A stretch of DNA of 64,000 bases from Candidatus Poribacteria bacterium (GCA_963663765.2 CAXXUA010000008.1:1-64000); one strand, 5' to 3'; numbered from the stretch's first letter, positions 10,677 through 20,976 are shown. The notes: generated by a model from the sequence alone, not told the origin. Numbers and translations are program-made.

Positions 10677-10897
10677 CAGGGTTATTCAGTTTTCAATATT
10701 ATTGATAATATTTTGCTATGCCGTTAATTTTATGTGATACCATCTTGTCCATGTTTTAGTTCCGTAGGGACTAAAGAACGATGTTCATGTTTCAACAATC
10801 TAAAATTGATGTATAAAGTTCGGTTAGGAAACCGAATCTGGGTATTAACTTTCAGTAAATCTCAATAACAGAAAACTCTTAAAACTGAATAACCCTG
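10677..10897. mobile_element. MITE family B (TIR CAGGGTTATTCAGTTTT, ISAs1-like ends)
   Basis: 17-bp TIR; 9-bp TSD TCATAACGG. Relatives at 34221-34708, 55813-56065 and 60577-61140. Confidence 0.85.
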
Positions 10898-10930
10898 TCA
10901 TAACGGTGCTTACTATGGCGATTTAAAACA

Positions 10931-11398
10931 ATGCGAACGTTTGTAGAACTTCTTATTCGATATATCCATCTTATCGCAGCAATAGCCTGGTTTGGAGGTG
11001 TGTTTTTCACAACTTTGGTTGCTATGCCGATTTATCGGAAAGACCTACCAGCACAAGATTTGCTGGAGATACACAATCGTTTTCGACACTGGATACGATT
11101 GATGATAAATATGCTTCTTCTCACAGGTGGAATTGTCATCTTTATTGTTGCGTGGAATAACAAAATGCAATTAGAGTCTAAGTATATGATATATTCTTTC
11201 GTAAAGTTAGCAGCATTTGGATTGATGGCACTTTTTTGGGGACTGTTCAGTTCACTGTATCGCAAACACCTTGAGGCATCAGAATCGGATAGTAAAGTTG
11301 ATGTTCCTCGTCATATCAATGTTTTCGGACATTTAACACTTTTTTCAGGACTAATTGTTTTCGCGCTTGCGTTGCTATTGAAACAAATAAATGGATAA
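10931..11398 (+). CDS. Four-TM membrane protein, CopD/DUF4149-like
   Basis: IHLIAAIAWFGG motif; overlaps the start of the radical SAM gene. Confidence 0.65.
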   Translation: MRTFVELLIRYIHLIAAIAWFGGVFFTTLVAMPIYRKDLPAQDLLEIHNRFRHWIRLMINMLLLTGGIVIFIVAWNNKMQLESKYMIYSFVKLAAFGLMALFWGLFSSLYRKHLEASESDSKVDVPRHINVFGHLTLFSGLIVFALALLLKQING

Positions 11399-12695
11399 TA
11401 CAAAAGTTCAAGCAGTCTCATGGAATATCACCAGATTGTGCAATCTGAAATGCACACACTGCTATCTTCCTGCGGGTTTTGTTGACACAGACGAGTTCCC
11501 ACAAGGTTTTGTTAGGGATACAGAGTTGACACAATCCCAATGTTTTCGTGTCATTGATGAGATAGCAGAAATCAACCCGCATATTTTGCTGATCCTCACG
11601 GGTGGTGAACCCTTGTTGCGTCCGGATATTCTGGAGATTTCAAAATACGCGTCGGATACAGGATTTCTGGTTGTGATGGGAACAAACGGTGTTCTACTCA
11701 ACGATGATGTGGTTGAGAAGATGCGACAGCACGGTGTGACGGGTGCGGGTATAAGCCTTGATTCTATCCAACCCCAAAACCACGATCAGTTTCGGGGTAT
11801 GGAAGGTGCATGGAAAGCAACAATGAACGGCATTGATGCACTAAAACGCGCACAACTTGATTTCCTTGTCCAGACCTCTGTGACGCAGTGGAACTATGAC
11901 GAAATCCCGGAGATTGTTGAATATGCATATCAGTTAGGTGCCAAGGTGCTAAACCTCTATTTTCTGGTGCGAACAGGAAGGGGTAAGACGGTAATGGACA
12001 TCACCCCCACACAATATGAGAAGATGCTTGAAACTATGTTCAATCTACAGGCAAAATATAGCGGTAAGATGCTCATAGCAGCGAAATGTGCTCCCCATTA
12101 TAAGCGCGTTATCTATGAGCAGCAGTCCGATTCTGCATTTCTGCAAGGTTATCCGAGTGGCACGTGTCCTTGCGGTATCTATTATTGTCGCATCAGTCCG
12201 GAGGGTGAACTGACACCGTGTCCGTATCTACCTGTCAGTGTCGGCAATCTCAAAGACGAGAGTTTTGTTAAACTTTGGAATGAATCAGAAACTTTTGATG
12301 AGTTACGAAATCGAGATATGCTGCAAGGCAAATGTGGTGCATGTGAATTCAGAGAAGTCTGTGGTGGTTGTCGTGCGCGTGCTTATGCCACGACTGGTAA
12401 CTATCTCGCAGCAGACGAGTCTTGTGAATATCAACCGGGACAGCACGGACCACAGCCTGTCCAACTTGAGAAACGGACAGCATTTGCATCAGAACCAGAT
12501 TACGATTTATTGTGGAATGATGCTGCAGAGCAGAGGCTGAAAAAAGTTCCCTCATTTGCACGGGGAATGGTTGTCAAAAGCGTTGAAAAATACGCTCGTG
12601 AACATGGACATCGCGAAATAACTCCTGAACTCATGAAAGCGGTTAAAGAGCGGTTTGATAAAACAGGTATTCCTTCCTTTAGGCCGCGACGTTAG
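11391..12695 (+). CDS. Radical SAM/SPASM protein (AhbC/AhbD/NirJ-like) with C-terminal PCP_red-like domain
   Basis: CNLKCTHC, TGGEPLLR, KCAPHY, SPASM CxxCxxxxxCGGCRARA; terminal WNDAAEQRLKKVPSFARGMV. Confidence 0.88.
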   Translation: MDNTKVQAVSWNITRLCNLKCTHCYLPAGFVDTDEFPQGFVRDTELTQSQCFRVIDEIAEINPHILLILTGGEPLLRPDILEISKYASDTGFLVVMGTNGVLLNDDVVEKMRQHGVTGAGISLDSIQPQNHDQFRGMEGAWKATMNGIDALKRAQLDFLVQTSVTQWNYDEIPEIVEYAYQLGAKVLNLYFLVRTGRGKTVMDITPTQYEKMLETMFNLQAKYSGKMLIAAKCAPHYKRVIYEQQSDSAFLQGYPSGTCPCGIYYCRISPEGELTPCPYLPVSVGNLKDESFVKLWNESETFDELRNRDMLQGKCGACEFREVCGGCRARAYATTGNYLAADESCEYQPGQHGPQPVQLEKRTAFASEPDYDLLWNDAAEQRLKKVPSFARGMVVKSVEKYAREHGHREITPELMKAVKERFDKTGIPSFRPRR

Positions 12696-12720
12696 TTCAA
12701 TCTTTCTAATATCTTAACAA

Positions 12721-12842
12721 TAGGACTTACGCAGTTTTCATGCTTTAGTCAAGAATTACGACGAAAATGATGTTATTTTCAGCATTTTTTAGGTTTCCAG
12801 CGCGCTTACAAAGCACGCCTACCGTTCGGTGCGTAAGTCCTG
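12721..12842. mobile_element. MITE family A copy
   Basis: TIRs plus AACAA target duplication. Confidence 0.85.
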
Positions 12843-12858
12843 AACAATAAAGGATATC

Positions 12859-13578
12859 ATGCTAACAACAAAACAAGTTGAATTTTTTCAAGAAAATGGA
12901 TACCTAATTCTTGAAAAACTTATCGATTCAGAGATAATTGATGTTTGGCGGGAACAGATCTGGACACATTTCAAATCCAGTTTGGAGACACCCGAGACGT
13001 GGCCAGATGAATATGTCGTGCAGAACTTTGGCTTTTCCCCAAACTTCGGACAATTGTCTGTGATGCAAGAAATTGTTGAGCAGTTAGGGGGTGGTCAGTT
13101 TTCTGGTGGAGGTGGCGCACCACTTGTGAGATGGCCTAAACCTGATGCCGAATGGAAAATGCCAAATAGTGGACACATTGACGCTTATGGTCCTGGAGGA
13201 TGGAGTCCGTTTTTGATGGGGGCAACAACATATCTCTACGATGTTGAACCAGGTGGTGGCGCATTCGTTTTCTGGCCGAAGAGTCATAAGTCAACACATA
13301 AATACTTTTTGAAACACCCAGAACAGGTAGATGGAAGTTTTACAAAAATTGATGGATGGGGATGGCATGTATTTTCAGATCTATCCCCAGAGGGACCCAG
13401 AGAATTTATTGCATCTGCGGGAGATGTAGTTCTATGGCACGCCTATTTATGTCATACAGGTTCAGGAAATATAAGGAATAGTCCGCGAATTGGATTATTT
13501 GCACGTTACCATCACAAACGACGTGAAGAAATCAGATACGAAATTCCAGAAGACCTATGGAAATATTGGAAAATATAA
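12859..13578 (+). CDS. Phytanoyl-CoA dioxygenase (PhyH) family protein
   Basis: LTTKQVEFFQENGYL N-terminus, HxD (GHIDA), AGDVVLWH..LCH, N..R. Confidence 0.85.
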   Translation: MLTTKQVEFFQENGYLILEKLIDSEIIDVWREQIWTHFKSSLETPETWPDEYVVQNFGFSPNFGQLSVMQEIVEQLGGGQFSGGGGAPLVRWPKPDAEWKMPNSGHIDAYGPGGWSPFLMGATTYLYDVEPGGGAFVFWPKSHKSTHKYFLKHPEQVDGSFTKIDGWGWHVFSDLSPEGPREFIASAGDVVLWHAYLCHTGSGNIRNSPRIGLFARYHHKRREEIRYEIPEDLWKYWKI

Positions 13579-13587
13579 GGAGGAAAC

Positions 13588-14001
13588 ATGAGCGAACAAA
13601 ATAAAGTTGAAGAACGGTTGACGAGTGTTGAAGACCGTATGGAACGTTTGGAAAACCTGTTAACAAGTATCAATGATAAGTTGGAACAGACTCCACAAGC
13701 CAATGTTGCGGAAACTGAAAACACAGAAAAGTTTCAACAATGGGTGACTGACTATGTGTCAATGCGGTTGCAGCAACTTGTGCCTGAGACATGTGATCAT
13801 CCTGCAGAAGCTGCAGTTCATGACGGTCCCTTCCTTGACAATACAAACGTGCCTTGCACGGAAGAGGTTGTGCATCGTGTGAAACGTATTCCGATACCAT
13901 TTGTACGGGAGATGGTGGTTCAGCGTGTGGCAGAGAATGCACGTTCATCAGAGATTGAGCGCGTAGATATTGAGTTCTTTGAACAAGCGGCAACGTTTTG
14001 A
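13588..14001 (+). CDS. Coiled-coil protein with C-terminal PCP_red-like domain
   Basis: Strong RBS AGGAGG; CTEEVVHRVKRIPIPFVREMVVQRVAENAR resembles the other PCP_red copies. Confidence 0.7.
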   Translation: MSEQNKVEERLTSVEDRMERLENLLTSINDKLEQTPQANVAETENTEKFQQWVTDYVSMRLQQLVPETCDHPAEAAVHDGPFLDNTNVPCTEEVVHRVKRIPIPFVREMVVQRVAENARSSEIERVDIEFFEQAATF

Positions 14002-14159
14002 CAATGTAAAGCCACAGAGGAGTTCCCTCTGCCGAATTTTGATTGGAAGGACTTCTTGAAGGCTCCTGGCTTATAATGTGATATAATTGGTAGGTGCGCT
14101 GATTAAAGGTGCGCTGTTAATCGCAAACTCAACTATAATTACAGGCATGGAGGTAAGTT

Positions 14160-14732
14160 ATGTCATCTCTTGCTGTTCAAACAATCTATACACCAGAAGA
14201 ATATCTTATATTAGAACGAAAGGGGACGCTCAAAAGTGAATTTCTTAACGGTGATATCTTCGCAATATCAGGTGCTACTCTTGCACATACGCTCATCACG
14301 GTGGATATAACTACCGAACTAAACATCCAATTAAGAGGCAAAGATTGTAAAGTCGTTAGTAATGATTTGCGTGTAAAGACTGTTCAATTAGTTTCTTATC
14401 TCTACCCAGATGTTGTCGTTTTCTGTGGTGAACCAAAATTTGAGGATGAGACCTTTGATACACTTCTCAACCCAGTTGTTATCATAGAAGTGCTTTCACC
14501 ATCAACCGAAGTATATGACAGAACTGAGAAGTTTGAATACTATAAACAGATCACCACATTACAAGAATATATCCTCGTTTCACAAGACAAGGTTAAAGTT
14601 GAACACCATCGTCTTCAAGAAAATCAGTGGAAAATAAAAGAACATCAGGCACTTCAGGATACATTTACACTTTCCTCCATAGGTTGCAAACTTACATTAA
14701 GCGATGTTTATAGACGCGTTGATTTTGATTAA
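14160..14732 (+). CDS. Uma2 family putative endonuclease
   Basis: YTPEEYL, YPDVVVFC, IIEVLSPST and EYILVSQD motifs. Confidence 0.9.
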   Translation: MSSLAVQTIYTPEEYLILERKGTLKSEFLNGDIFAISGATLAHTLITVDITTELNIQLRGKDCKVVSNDLRVKTVQLVSYLYPDVVVFCGEPKFEDETFDTLLNPVVIIEVLSPSTEVYDRTEKFEYYKQITTLQEYILVSQDKVKVEHHRLQENQWKIKEHQALQDTFTLSSIGCKLTLSDVYRRVDFD

Positions 14733-14763
14733 CAGTTCGTATGCTATTTGATAAGGACAAACC

Positions 14764-15138
14764 ATGGATTGGGTTTTCAACACGTTCTCTGAATACCTTG
14801 AGAACGACTTCAAAAAGCGAATAGGCAAACCGAATCCTACTGTTGCTGACCTGTGGGATGCTTTTCAAGTGCTTTTCCCTGCTACTTCCGCGCAGCTATT
14901 GGTGCAGGAACCCGTTGGCAACACTGTGCGTTTCAAACCGCTTGCCTTCTATTATGCTGACGAAATGGGTCCGTTGATTGATGCCCCTTTGGATTATCTC
15001 AAACAGCACTTTGGCGGAGGGAAGTTCAAAATCAACTTCTATCACGGCATGCAGTTTATCGCAACAATAAATTTCAAACCAGAAGGTCCTGAAATTTGGC
15101 GAGATTTACCAGAATTGGAGGCAATAGGTCCCTCATGA
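14764..15138 (+). CDS. Hypothetical protein
   Basis: RBS AAGGA; ATGA-coupled to the next gene. Confidence 0.65.
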   Translation: MDWVFNTFSEYLENDFKKRIGKPNPTVADLWDAFQVLFPATSAQLLVQEPVGNTVRFKPLAFYYADEMGPLIDAPLDYLKQHFGGGKFKINFYHGMQFIATINFKPEGPEIWRDLPELEAIGPS

Positions 15139-15563
15139 AACAACAGGAGTTTGGGAAATGCCCTAAGTGTGGTAATGCAAATATCCAGCAAATAGACGCA
15201 AACTCGTGGTTTTGTTTGGATTGCGATTGGGACAATCTCTCGGCAATTGTCAATGGGAATGACGAATTGCTCGCGTCTCTACGATATGGTGATATCCATT
15301 CTCGACGTATTGCAGCGCAATCATTGATAAACATAGGCAATGATGAGCGGCATCTTGCGTCTCCATCAGATACAGATGCACTGCTGGAAGCATTGGACGA
15401 TGAGGATGCTGATGTCCGATACTTTGTTGCTGTTGCACTTGGCAAATTAGCAGCTAAACTTAGTCTCAACAAACTCAAGCAGCTTGCACAGAACGACACA
15501 TCAGCACTCGTGCGTCAAGGGGCACAAACAGCAATTGAACAGATAGAATCCCTTTCGGACTAA
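15135..15563 (+). CDS. HEAT-repeat protein with N-terminal Zn ribbon
   Basis: CPKC...CLDC, then LLEALDDEDADVRYFVAVALG. Start set at the ATGA overlap (15135). Confidence 0.8.
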   Translation: MKQQEFGKCPKCGNANIQQIDANSWFCLDCDWDNLSAIVNGNDELLASLRYGDIHSRRIAAQSLINIGNDERHLASPSDTDALLEALDDEDADVRYFVAVALGKLAAKLSLNKLKQLAQNDTSALVRQGAQTAIEQIESLSD

Positions 15564-15575
15564 GGAGATGGCTAA

Positions 15576-16643
15576 ATGGAAAAAGTTAAAATCGGTTATA
15601 TTGGATGCGGTTTTATGGCGCAGAAGGTGCATATCCCGAATTTCGCGAGTATTCCTGAATGTGAGATCATTGGACTTGCTGAAGTGCGTTCTGAACTCGG
15701 TGCTAAAGTGCAAAAGCGGTTTGGCATACCTCATCTGTACAAGGACCATCACGAACTGGCAGCAAACACCGATATTGAAGCGGTGGCGGTATCTGCCGAT
15801 TTTGCGTTACAAGGCGAAATTGCGAAAGACCTACTGCGTGCTGGTAAACACGTCTTTATGGAAAAACCGATGGCTGTTTCTGTTGAACAAGCGCAAGCGA
15901 TGGTAGATGCATCCCGAGAATCTGGTAAAAAGTTGATGGTCGGCTACATGAAACGCTACGATGCTGGCAATGCGATCGTCAAGCAGAAGATCACACAATT
16001 CCGAGAAACTGGTGAACTTGGTCGTATTACGTATGCACGAAATCACGGTTTCGGTGGTGATTGGATATGCGGTCTTGACACACCGATGGACGGTACAGAT
16101 GAACCGAAACCGAGCGCACCGCAGAAATTCCCCGGATGGCTTCCAGAACAGTGGCAAGGCAAATACATCGGATACCTTCAGCAGTATACGCATAATATCA
16201 ATCTCATGCGCTGGTTTCTTGATGCTGGTGATAACGTTACCGTGAAAGCAGTTGATTTGAACGAAAACGGTTACACAGGGGTTGTCATTTTTGATATGAA
16301 CGGCACGCGCGTGACACTGGAAACTGGACATGTTTCGCATTACCGTTGGGATGAGCATTCGCAGATTTACTTTCAGCATGGTTGGATTCACACTTGGGCG
16401 CCACCGCTGTTGCTGAAGAACACCCCTGCAGAGGTAGAGATTTACCGTGCTGGTGAAGAACAGGAGATTACACGACCGATTCCAAGACCTTCATGGACAT
16501 GGGCATATCACCGCGAAGCGGAATACTTTATTAAGAACCTACATAATCCCGAACCCTTCCGTTCCTCCGCTGAAGATACACTCACGGATGTTCGCCTTTT
16601 TGAAGATATATACCGCATCTTTGTCGCACAACAAGAAAACTAA
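15576..16643 (+). CDS. Gfo/Idh/MocA family oxidoreductase
   Basis: IGYIGCG, GKHVFMEKPM and VGYMKRYD motifs. Confidence 0.9.
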   Translation: MEKVKIGYIGCGFMAQKVHIPNFASIPECEIIGLAEVRSELGAKVQKRFGIPHLYKDHHELAANTDIEAVAVSADFALQGEIAKDLLRAGKHVFMEKPMAVSVEQAQAMVDASRESGKKLMVGYMKRYDAGNAIVKQKITQFRETGELGRITYARNHGFGGDWICGLDTPMDGTDEPKPSAPQKFPGWLPEQWQGKYIGYLQQYTHNINLMRWFLDAGDNVTVKAVDLNENGYTGVVIFDMNGTRVTLETGHVSHYRWDEHSQIYFQHGWIHTWAPPLLLKNTPAEVEIYRAGEEQEITRPIPRPSWTWAYHREAEYFIKNLHNPEPFRSSAEDTLTDVRLFEDIYRIFVAQQEN

Positions 16644-16787
16644 ATATTGTTCTGTATACGTAAAAACGTTGCTATTCCACTTTACACTTCTGAATTCATG
16701 AAGAATCAATATACTAATTTCTACCAAATTATCGTGATTTGTATTGTTTTTAGTGCCGAGACCGCGGGTGGGAACAGAGGCCCATCC

Positions 16788-16963
16788 TATTGGTGTAAAC
16801 TTAAGAGAAAAATGTTGTCTTTTCTCTTGTGGGAGTGAATCAACGCCAAATGCGCGTATGGCATTTGTCGGGTTTGTAACCCCGATTATACAGGAATCAA
16901 ATTGCCAAATCGGGGTTGAAAACCCCTCCCACAAGAAAGTTGCTCCTTAAGTTTACACCAATA
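16788..16963. mobile_element. MITE family C (TIR GGTGT(A/C)AACTTAAG) with REP-like hairpins and a nested mini-element
   Basis: TATTGGTGTAAACTTAAG...CTTAAGTTTACACCAATA; relatives at ~19027-19168, 29041-29122 and 62488-62622. Confidence 0.75.
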
Positions 16964-17005
16964 CGGGCACAGAGACCCACCCCTAAGATTTAGGTTAATT
17001 TGGCA

Positions 17006-18877
17006 TTACTCCATCGGTTCTTCAGAAGAAGTAACATCCCACAAAAGTACTGTACCATCCGCACTCCCACTTGCAAGCATACTCCCATCAGGACTGAACT
17101 TTACACTTGTGACCGCAGAGGTATGTCCAGTTAATGTTCGTATAAGTTTGCTGTTGGTTGCATCCCACACTTGAACTTTTGATCCGACACCACTTGCAAG
17201 CATACTCCCATCTTGATTAAATGCTAAACTTCTGTTCCAATCATTCTCCCCAGTTAATGTAGTGATGTGTGCACCTGTGTCAGCATTCCACAATTGTATG
17301 TTCCAGTTATCACTTCCAGTTGCCAACATCTCCCCATCAGGACTAAATACTACACAAAAAACACATACAGAATGCCTTATGCGCCATGGTTTTCGTTGTC
17401 CTGAATTGACATCCCACACATAGATGTTTCCGTTAAGACTTCCACTTGCGAGTGTTTGTCCATCAGGACTAAATGATACACCTCTCACCCGATCTGTATG
17501 TCCTTTCAAGGTTATAGTCTGTATACCAGTGGTAACATTCCACAAACGTATGGTATTGTCCTGATGCTCACTCGCGAGTGTACGTCCATCCGGACTGAAT
17601 GCGACGACGCTAAGGACTGATTCTGTATGATCAGTGAGTGTCTGTTTCCGCTTACCAGTTTCAGCATCCCATAAGAGAATGGTTTTCTTATCTGAGTTGG
17701 CGATAGTGCGACCATCTGGACTAAACACAACAGGATAGTCAGAGAATCTCAGATTCCGCTGCTTGCCGTTTTCAACATTCCATGCACGGATGTCATAGCT
17801 TTCCCAGACACAAGCAATTGTTTGAGCATCTGGACTGAACGCTACTCTATTTATATTGAGCATATGTCCAGTGATTGTTCCTTTATGCGTGCCAGTGTGA
17901 AAATCCCAGAAACGAATAGTCTGATCAAAACCTGCACTCGCAAGTGTGCGACCATCTGGACTAAATGCTAAGCTATCAACACTGTTTGTATGTCCAGTGA
18001 GTGTCAATCTTCGTGTAACAGTTGAAATATCCCATAGATGGATTCTGTCGCTACTGTCACTTGCAAGCGTTTGTCCGTCCGAACTGAAAACAACGCTATC
18101 GACCCAAGTTGCATGTTCCTTTAAGGTTACAAAATGTTCGCCTGTGTCAACGAGCCATAAGCGTACGGTATTGTCCTTACCTCCACTTGCGAGTATGTTG
18201 TTCCCATCTGGTCTAAACGCAACGCTTAACACCGATCCTGTATGTCCAGAGAGTGTCAACTTATTTGTTCCGGTAACAGTATCCCATAGACGGACAGTAT
18301 TGTCCTCACTTCCACTTGCGAGTATTTTTCCATCTGGACTAAACGATATACATGTAACCGAATCTATGTGTCCAAAGAGCGTGTGTACCAGAGCACTGGT
18401 TTCAACATCCCAAAGAAGGATTGTGGTTTCGTATCTACTTGCGCTCGCAAGTGTCTGTCCATCCGGACTGAATACTACACTGCTAACAATATTCTCATGC
18501 CCAGTGAGTATCTGCTTCAGTTCACCGGTGGAAGGATCCCATAGGCGGATTGTTTTATCTCCACTTGCACTTGCGAGTGTTTGTCCATCAGGACTAAATG
18601 CGATACTGTAGACGGTGTCCGTATGTCCAGTAAGTAAAGATATTTCTTTATAGGATGTGGTATCATAAAGCCAAATACCGATAGCACTTGCTACTGCTAA
18701 TCTTGTTCCATCTGGAGAATACGCTATGTTTCCGGTGATCTGGCCTTTCCCATAACGTGCTATTGCACCTTCGGGTAAACCCCAACGTATATATTCTTGT
18801 TGAGCAATAGTGGTTGATTGAAATAAAATGGAAACAAGTAATAGTATTAAAAGAATCGTGATGCATGTTTTTATCAT
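17006..18877 (-). CDS. Secreted WD40-repeat protein
   Basis: Signal peptide, RWGLPEGAIARYGKG leader, ~13 GH...FSPDG..LASGS.D..IRLWD repeats. Confidence 0.93.
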   Translation of the reverse strand: MIKTCITILLILLLVSILFQSTTIAQQEYIRWGLPEGAIARYGKGQITGNIAYSPDGTRLAVASAIGIWLYDTTSYKEISLLTGHTDTVYSIAFSPDGQTLASASGDKTIRLWDPSTGELKQILTGHENIVSSVVFSPDGQTLASASRYETTILLWDVETSALVHTLFGHIDSVTCISFSPDGKILASGSEDNTVRLWDTVTGTNKLTLSGHTGSVLSVAFRPDGNNILASGGKDNTVRLWLVDTGEHFVTLKEHATWVDSVVFSSDGQTLASDSSDRIHLWDISTVTRRLTLTGHTNSVDSLAFSPDGRTLASAGFDQTIRFWDFHTGTHKGTITGHMLNINRVAFSPDAQTIACVWESYDIRAWNVENGKQRNLRFSDYPVVFSPDGRTIANSDKKTILLWDAETGKRKQTLTDHTESVLSVVAFSPDGRTLASEHQDNTIRLWNVTTGIQTITLKGHTDRVRGVSFSPDGQTLASGSLNGNIYVWDVNSGQRKPWRIRHSVCVFCVVFSPDGEMLATGSDNWNIQLWNADTGAHITTLTGENDWNRSLAFNQDGSMLASGVGSKVQVWDATNSKLIRTLTGHTSAVTSVKFSPDGSMLASGSADGTVLLWDVTSSEEPME

Positions 18878-18919
18878 AATATCAGAGATTCTACTTTATT
18901 CGTGTATGTGTTCAATCAG

Positions 18920-19252
18920 ATACCAATTCAAATTATTTTTAAACCATTCTTCCGTAGGTCGAGTAGAGGAACGAAACCCGAGATGATAGCCACAATCAAA
19001 ACATGTGGGATTTCGTTCCTCTACCTATAGGTGTCAACTTAAGAAAATATTGTTTGCATTTTCTCTTGTAGGAGGGGTTTTCAACCCCGATTTGAGCGGA
19101 AATGCACTAAAATATCGGGGTTGAAAACCCCTCCCACAAGAAGTTAAAATCCTTAAGTTGACACCTATAGGGGTTTCGTTCCTCTACCCGACCTACAGAG
19201 GCATTCAATTAGACGTAAACTCTGATTGTCCGAACACATACCAATTGGTATG
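18920..19252. mobile_element. Nested MITE/REPIN cluster
   Basis: GTAGGTCGAGTAGAGGAACGAAACCC / GGGTTTCGTTCCTCTACCCGACCTAC inverted pair enclosing a family C MITE. Confidence 0.7.
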
Positions 19253-19268
19253 TGTCAAAAATTGGCTT

Positions 19269-20723
19269 TTAATCCAGCGGTTTTTCAAAACTTATTTTTA
19301 GTCCTTGATCGCGGAGCGTCTTTTGGATTACTGCTGCGGTTTTCTCAATAGAATCCATCTGAGCCACCGTGGTGTGAAACTGTTTGACGAAATCTGCCTG
19401 CTGGGGAGGCGTGAGTGCGTTGAGACGTTCGACATTAGGTTTGACGACAGTTTTCTTGTTCAGGGTAAGTCTGTTGTCGTTTTCAAGTTCAAAGAGGAGA
19501 CGAACAAGCCCGCTGTGGTCTTTTATTTCACATTTGTGTTCTGTGCATTTGAGATATTTTTTCGGTCGCGTACACAATGGGTTATCACAGGTGAGTATTG
19601 TGCTGTGCTGGGGCTCACATGGGAAGAATGGTTTATAGCATCCCTCCATGTCCATCCCATCGCCACAGAATACGTTTTTGCCCGCGCATGTGGGGTCTCC
19701 ACATTTTGGGCAGGTATCAATCTCCGCAAGAGAACTTTTCAGTTTGAAGTCTTTTATAAAAAATGTTGTTGATGTATCTGCAAGGGTGTCCCCCCATTCC
19801 GCTGCGGTGATGTCTCTCATAGCGGATACCATCTGTTTAGGATTTTGATTGATGCCTAAACCCAAATTTGGATTTTTCTCTATTTTTAGGTATGTGAGAA
19901 TTGCTGGAATAATCGGATACTGTTGGAGGAACGTCTCGGGATAACGCGTGTGAAAATCTACGAGTGTCGGAAATGAAGAACATATTTCTTTTAGTATCTT
20001 TCGGGTTTCTATTTTGAGGCTTTGTAACAGACGGCGGGTCTCTACTGAAACGACGTCACAGAATTCTTGAAGATTAGACCGTTTTCGGGGATAGACGCCG
20101 CATGTTTTTTCGCCGGGGGTCCGGACGTGTTCCAAACATAAAGCATGTTTCTCTCCACAAACTTTACAGGTGTTTTCCCCGCTATAATGATTGATGTATC
20201 CCTTATCACAGTGAGAGATAACCTGATGGCACCTTGAACATATCACTTGAAATTTTGGCGTGCATTTTTTATCTCCGCATTTGGGGCAGGCTTCAATATC
20301 GCTTTCTGTAAAATGGAGTCCGAGTTGGTCTATTAAAGCCGAGGCCAAGGCTTGTTGTGAAACACTTGTCCCATTTTGTAACGCACCGGATCGGGGAATG
20401 ATGTTATTTCCGTTAACGCGTTGCGGAATAAAATCGAATGCGATCTCTGTGATATACCGGAGTAGGTCCTTCTGTTCGTTTTCTGGCAGGTTTGCAATCG
20501 GTTTTCGAAGTTTGAGAAACGGTGTAACATCATCCAATCGTGCAATTTTCCTGACGGTCAAGATAATGGGTATACTTGGATAATGATCAAGCAGTTCTAA
20601 AGGGGTTTTTACTCCAAAATCGGCGAGGGTCGGATAGGGGTCTGTCCCTTTCTCAAGCTTTTCCTTGTATTGATTTTCAAGGGTTCTGATAGGGTCAATC
20701 TGTATCTGCATCTCAAGGTTCAT
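19269..20723 (-). CDS. Hypothetical protein with internally duplicated Cys-rich module
   Basis: RBS AAGGAGG before the ATG at 20723; two repeats (YPTLADF...CPKCGDKKC and FPTLVDF...CPKCGDPTC). Confidence 0.7.
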   Translation of the reverse strand: MNLEMQIQIDPIRTLENQYKEKLEKGTDPYPTLADFGVKTPLELLDHYPSIPIILTVRKIARLDDVTPFLKLRKPIANLPENEQKDLLRYITEIAFDFIPQRVNGNNIIPRSGALQNGTSVSQQALASALIDQLGLHFTESDIEACPKCGDKKCTPKFQVICSRCHQVISHCDKGYINHYSGENTCKVCGEKHALCLEHVRTPGEKTCGVYPRKRSNLQEFCDVVSVETRRLLQSLKIETRKILKEICSSFPTLVDFHTRYPETFLQQYPIIPAILTYLKIEKNPNLGLGINQNPKQMVSAMRDITAAEWGDTLADTSTTFFIKDFKLKSSLAEIDTCPKCGDPTCAGKNVFCGDGMDMEGCYKPFFPCEPQHSTILTCDNPLCTRPKKYLKCTEHKCEIKDHSGLVRLLFELENDNRLTLNKKTVVKPNVERLNALTPPQQADFVKQFHTTVAQMDSIEKTAAVIQKTLRDQGLKISFEKPLD

Positions 20724-20757
20724 TTTAGGAATCCTCCTTTTGTTATTTGACAAGGGC

Positions 20758-20976
20758 TCAGAGGTTGAGTTTATCCAAAAGTTCTGCGGTCAGCTCGTTG
20801 GCAGCTTCATCTCCTTGGGTTTTAGAAATATGTTCGTCTATCTCTATGATGTATGCCAGTTGCAGCTCTGTCGGGAGTTCTGAAAGCAGTTAGATAACTC
20901 GCTCTTTAAACTCACCCCACATCTGGTCAAGCCGTTCATCGAGTGCGTCAAGTGCAGCTTGGGTTGGGTAGCGATA
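20758..20976 (-). pseudogene. Gene remnant with an in-frame TAA, 5' end replaced by a MITE
   Basis: RYPTQAALDALDERLDQMWGEFKERVI*LLSELPTELQLAY...DKLNL*. The upstream MITE (CGTATCTCATAAAT...ATTTATGAGATAG, ~20977-21072) also occurs at ~54690-54783. Confidence 0.5.

Noticed and set aside
16539-16950. Short ORFs over MITE sequence (also 27516-27710, 34344-34595, 53162-53377, 62498-62689)
   Set aside because: They coincide with repeated non-coding elements and show no protein motifs.
17946-18611. 221-aa repetitive plus-strand ORF
   Set aside because: Antisense of the WD40 repeats.
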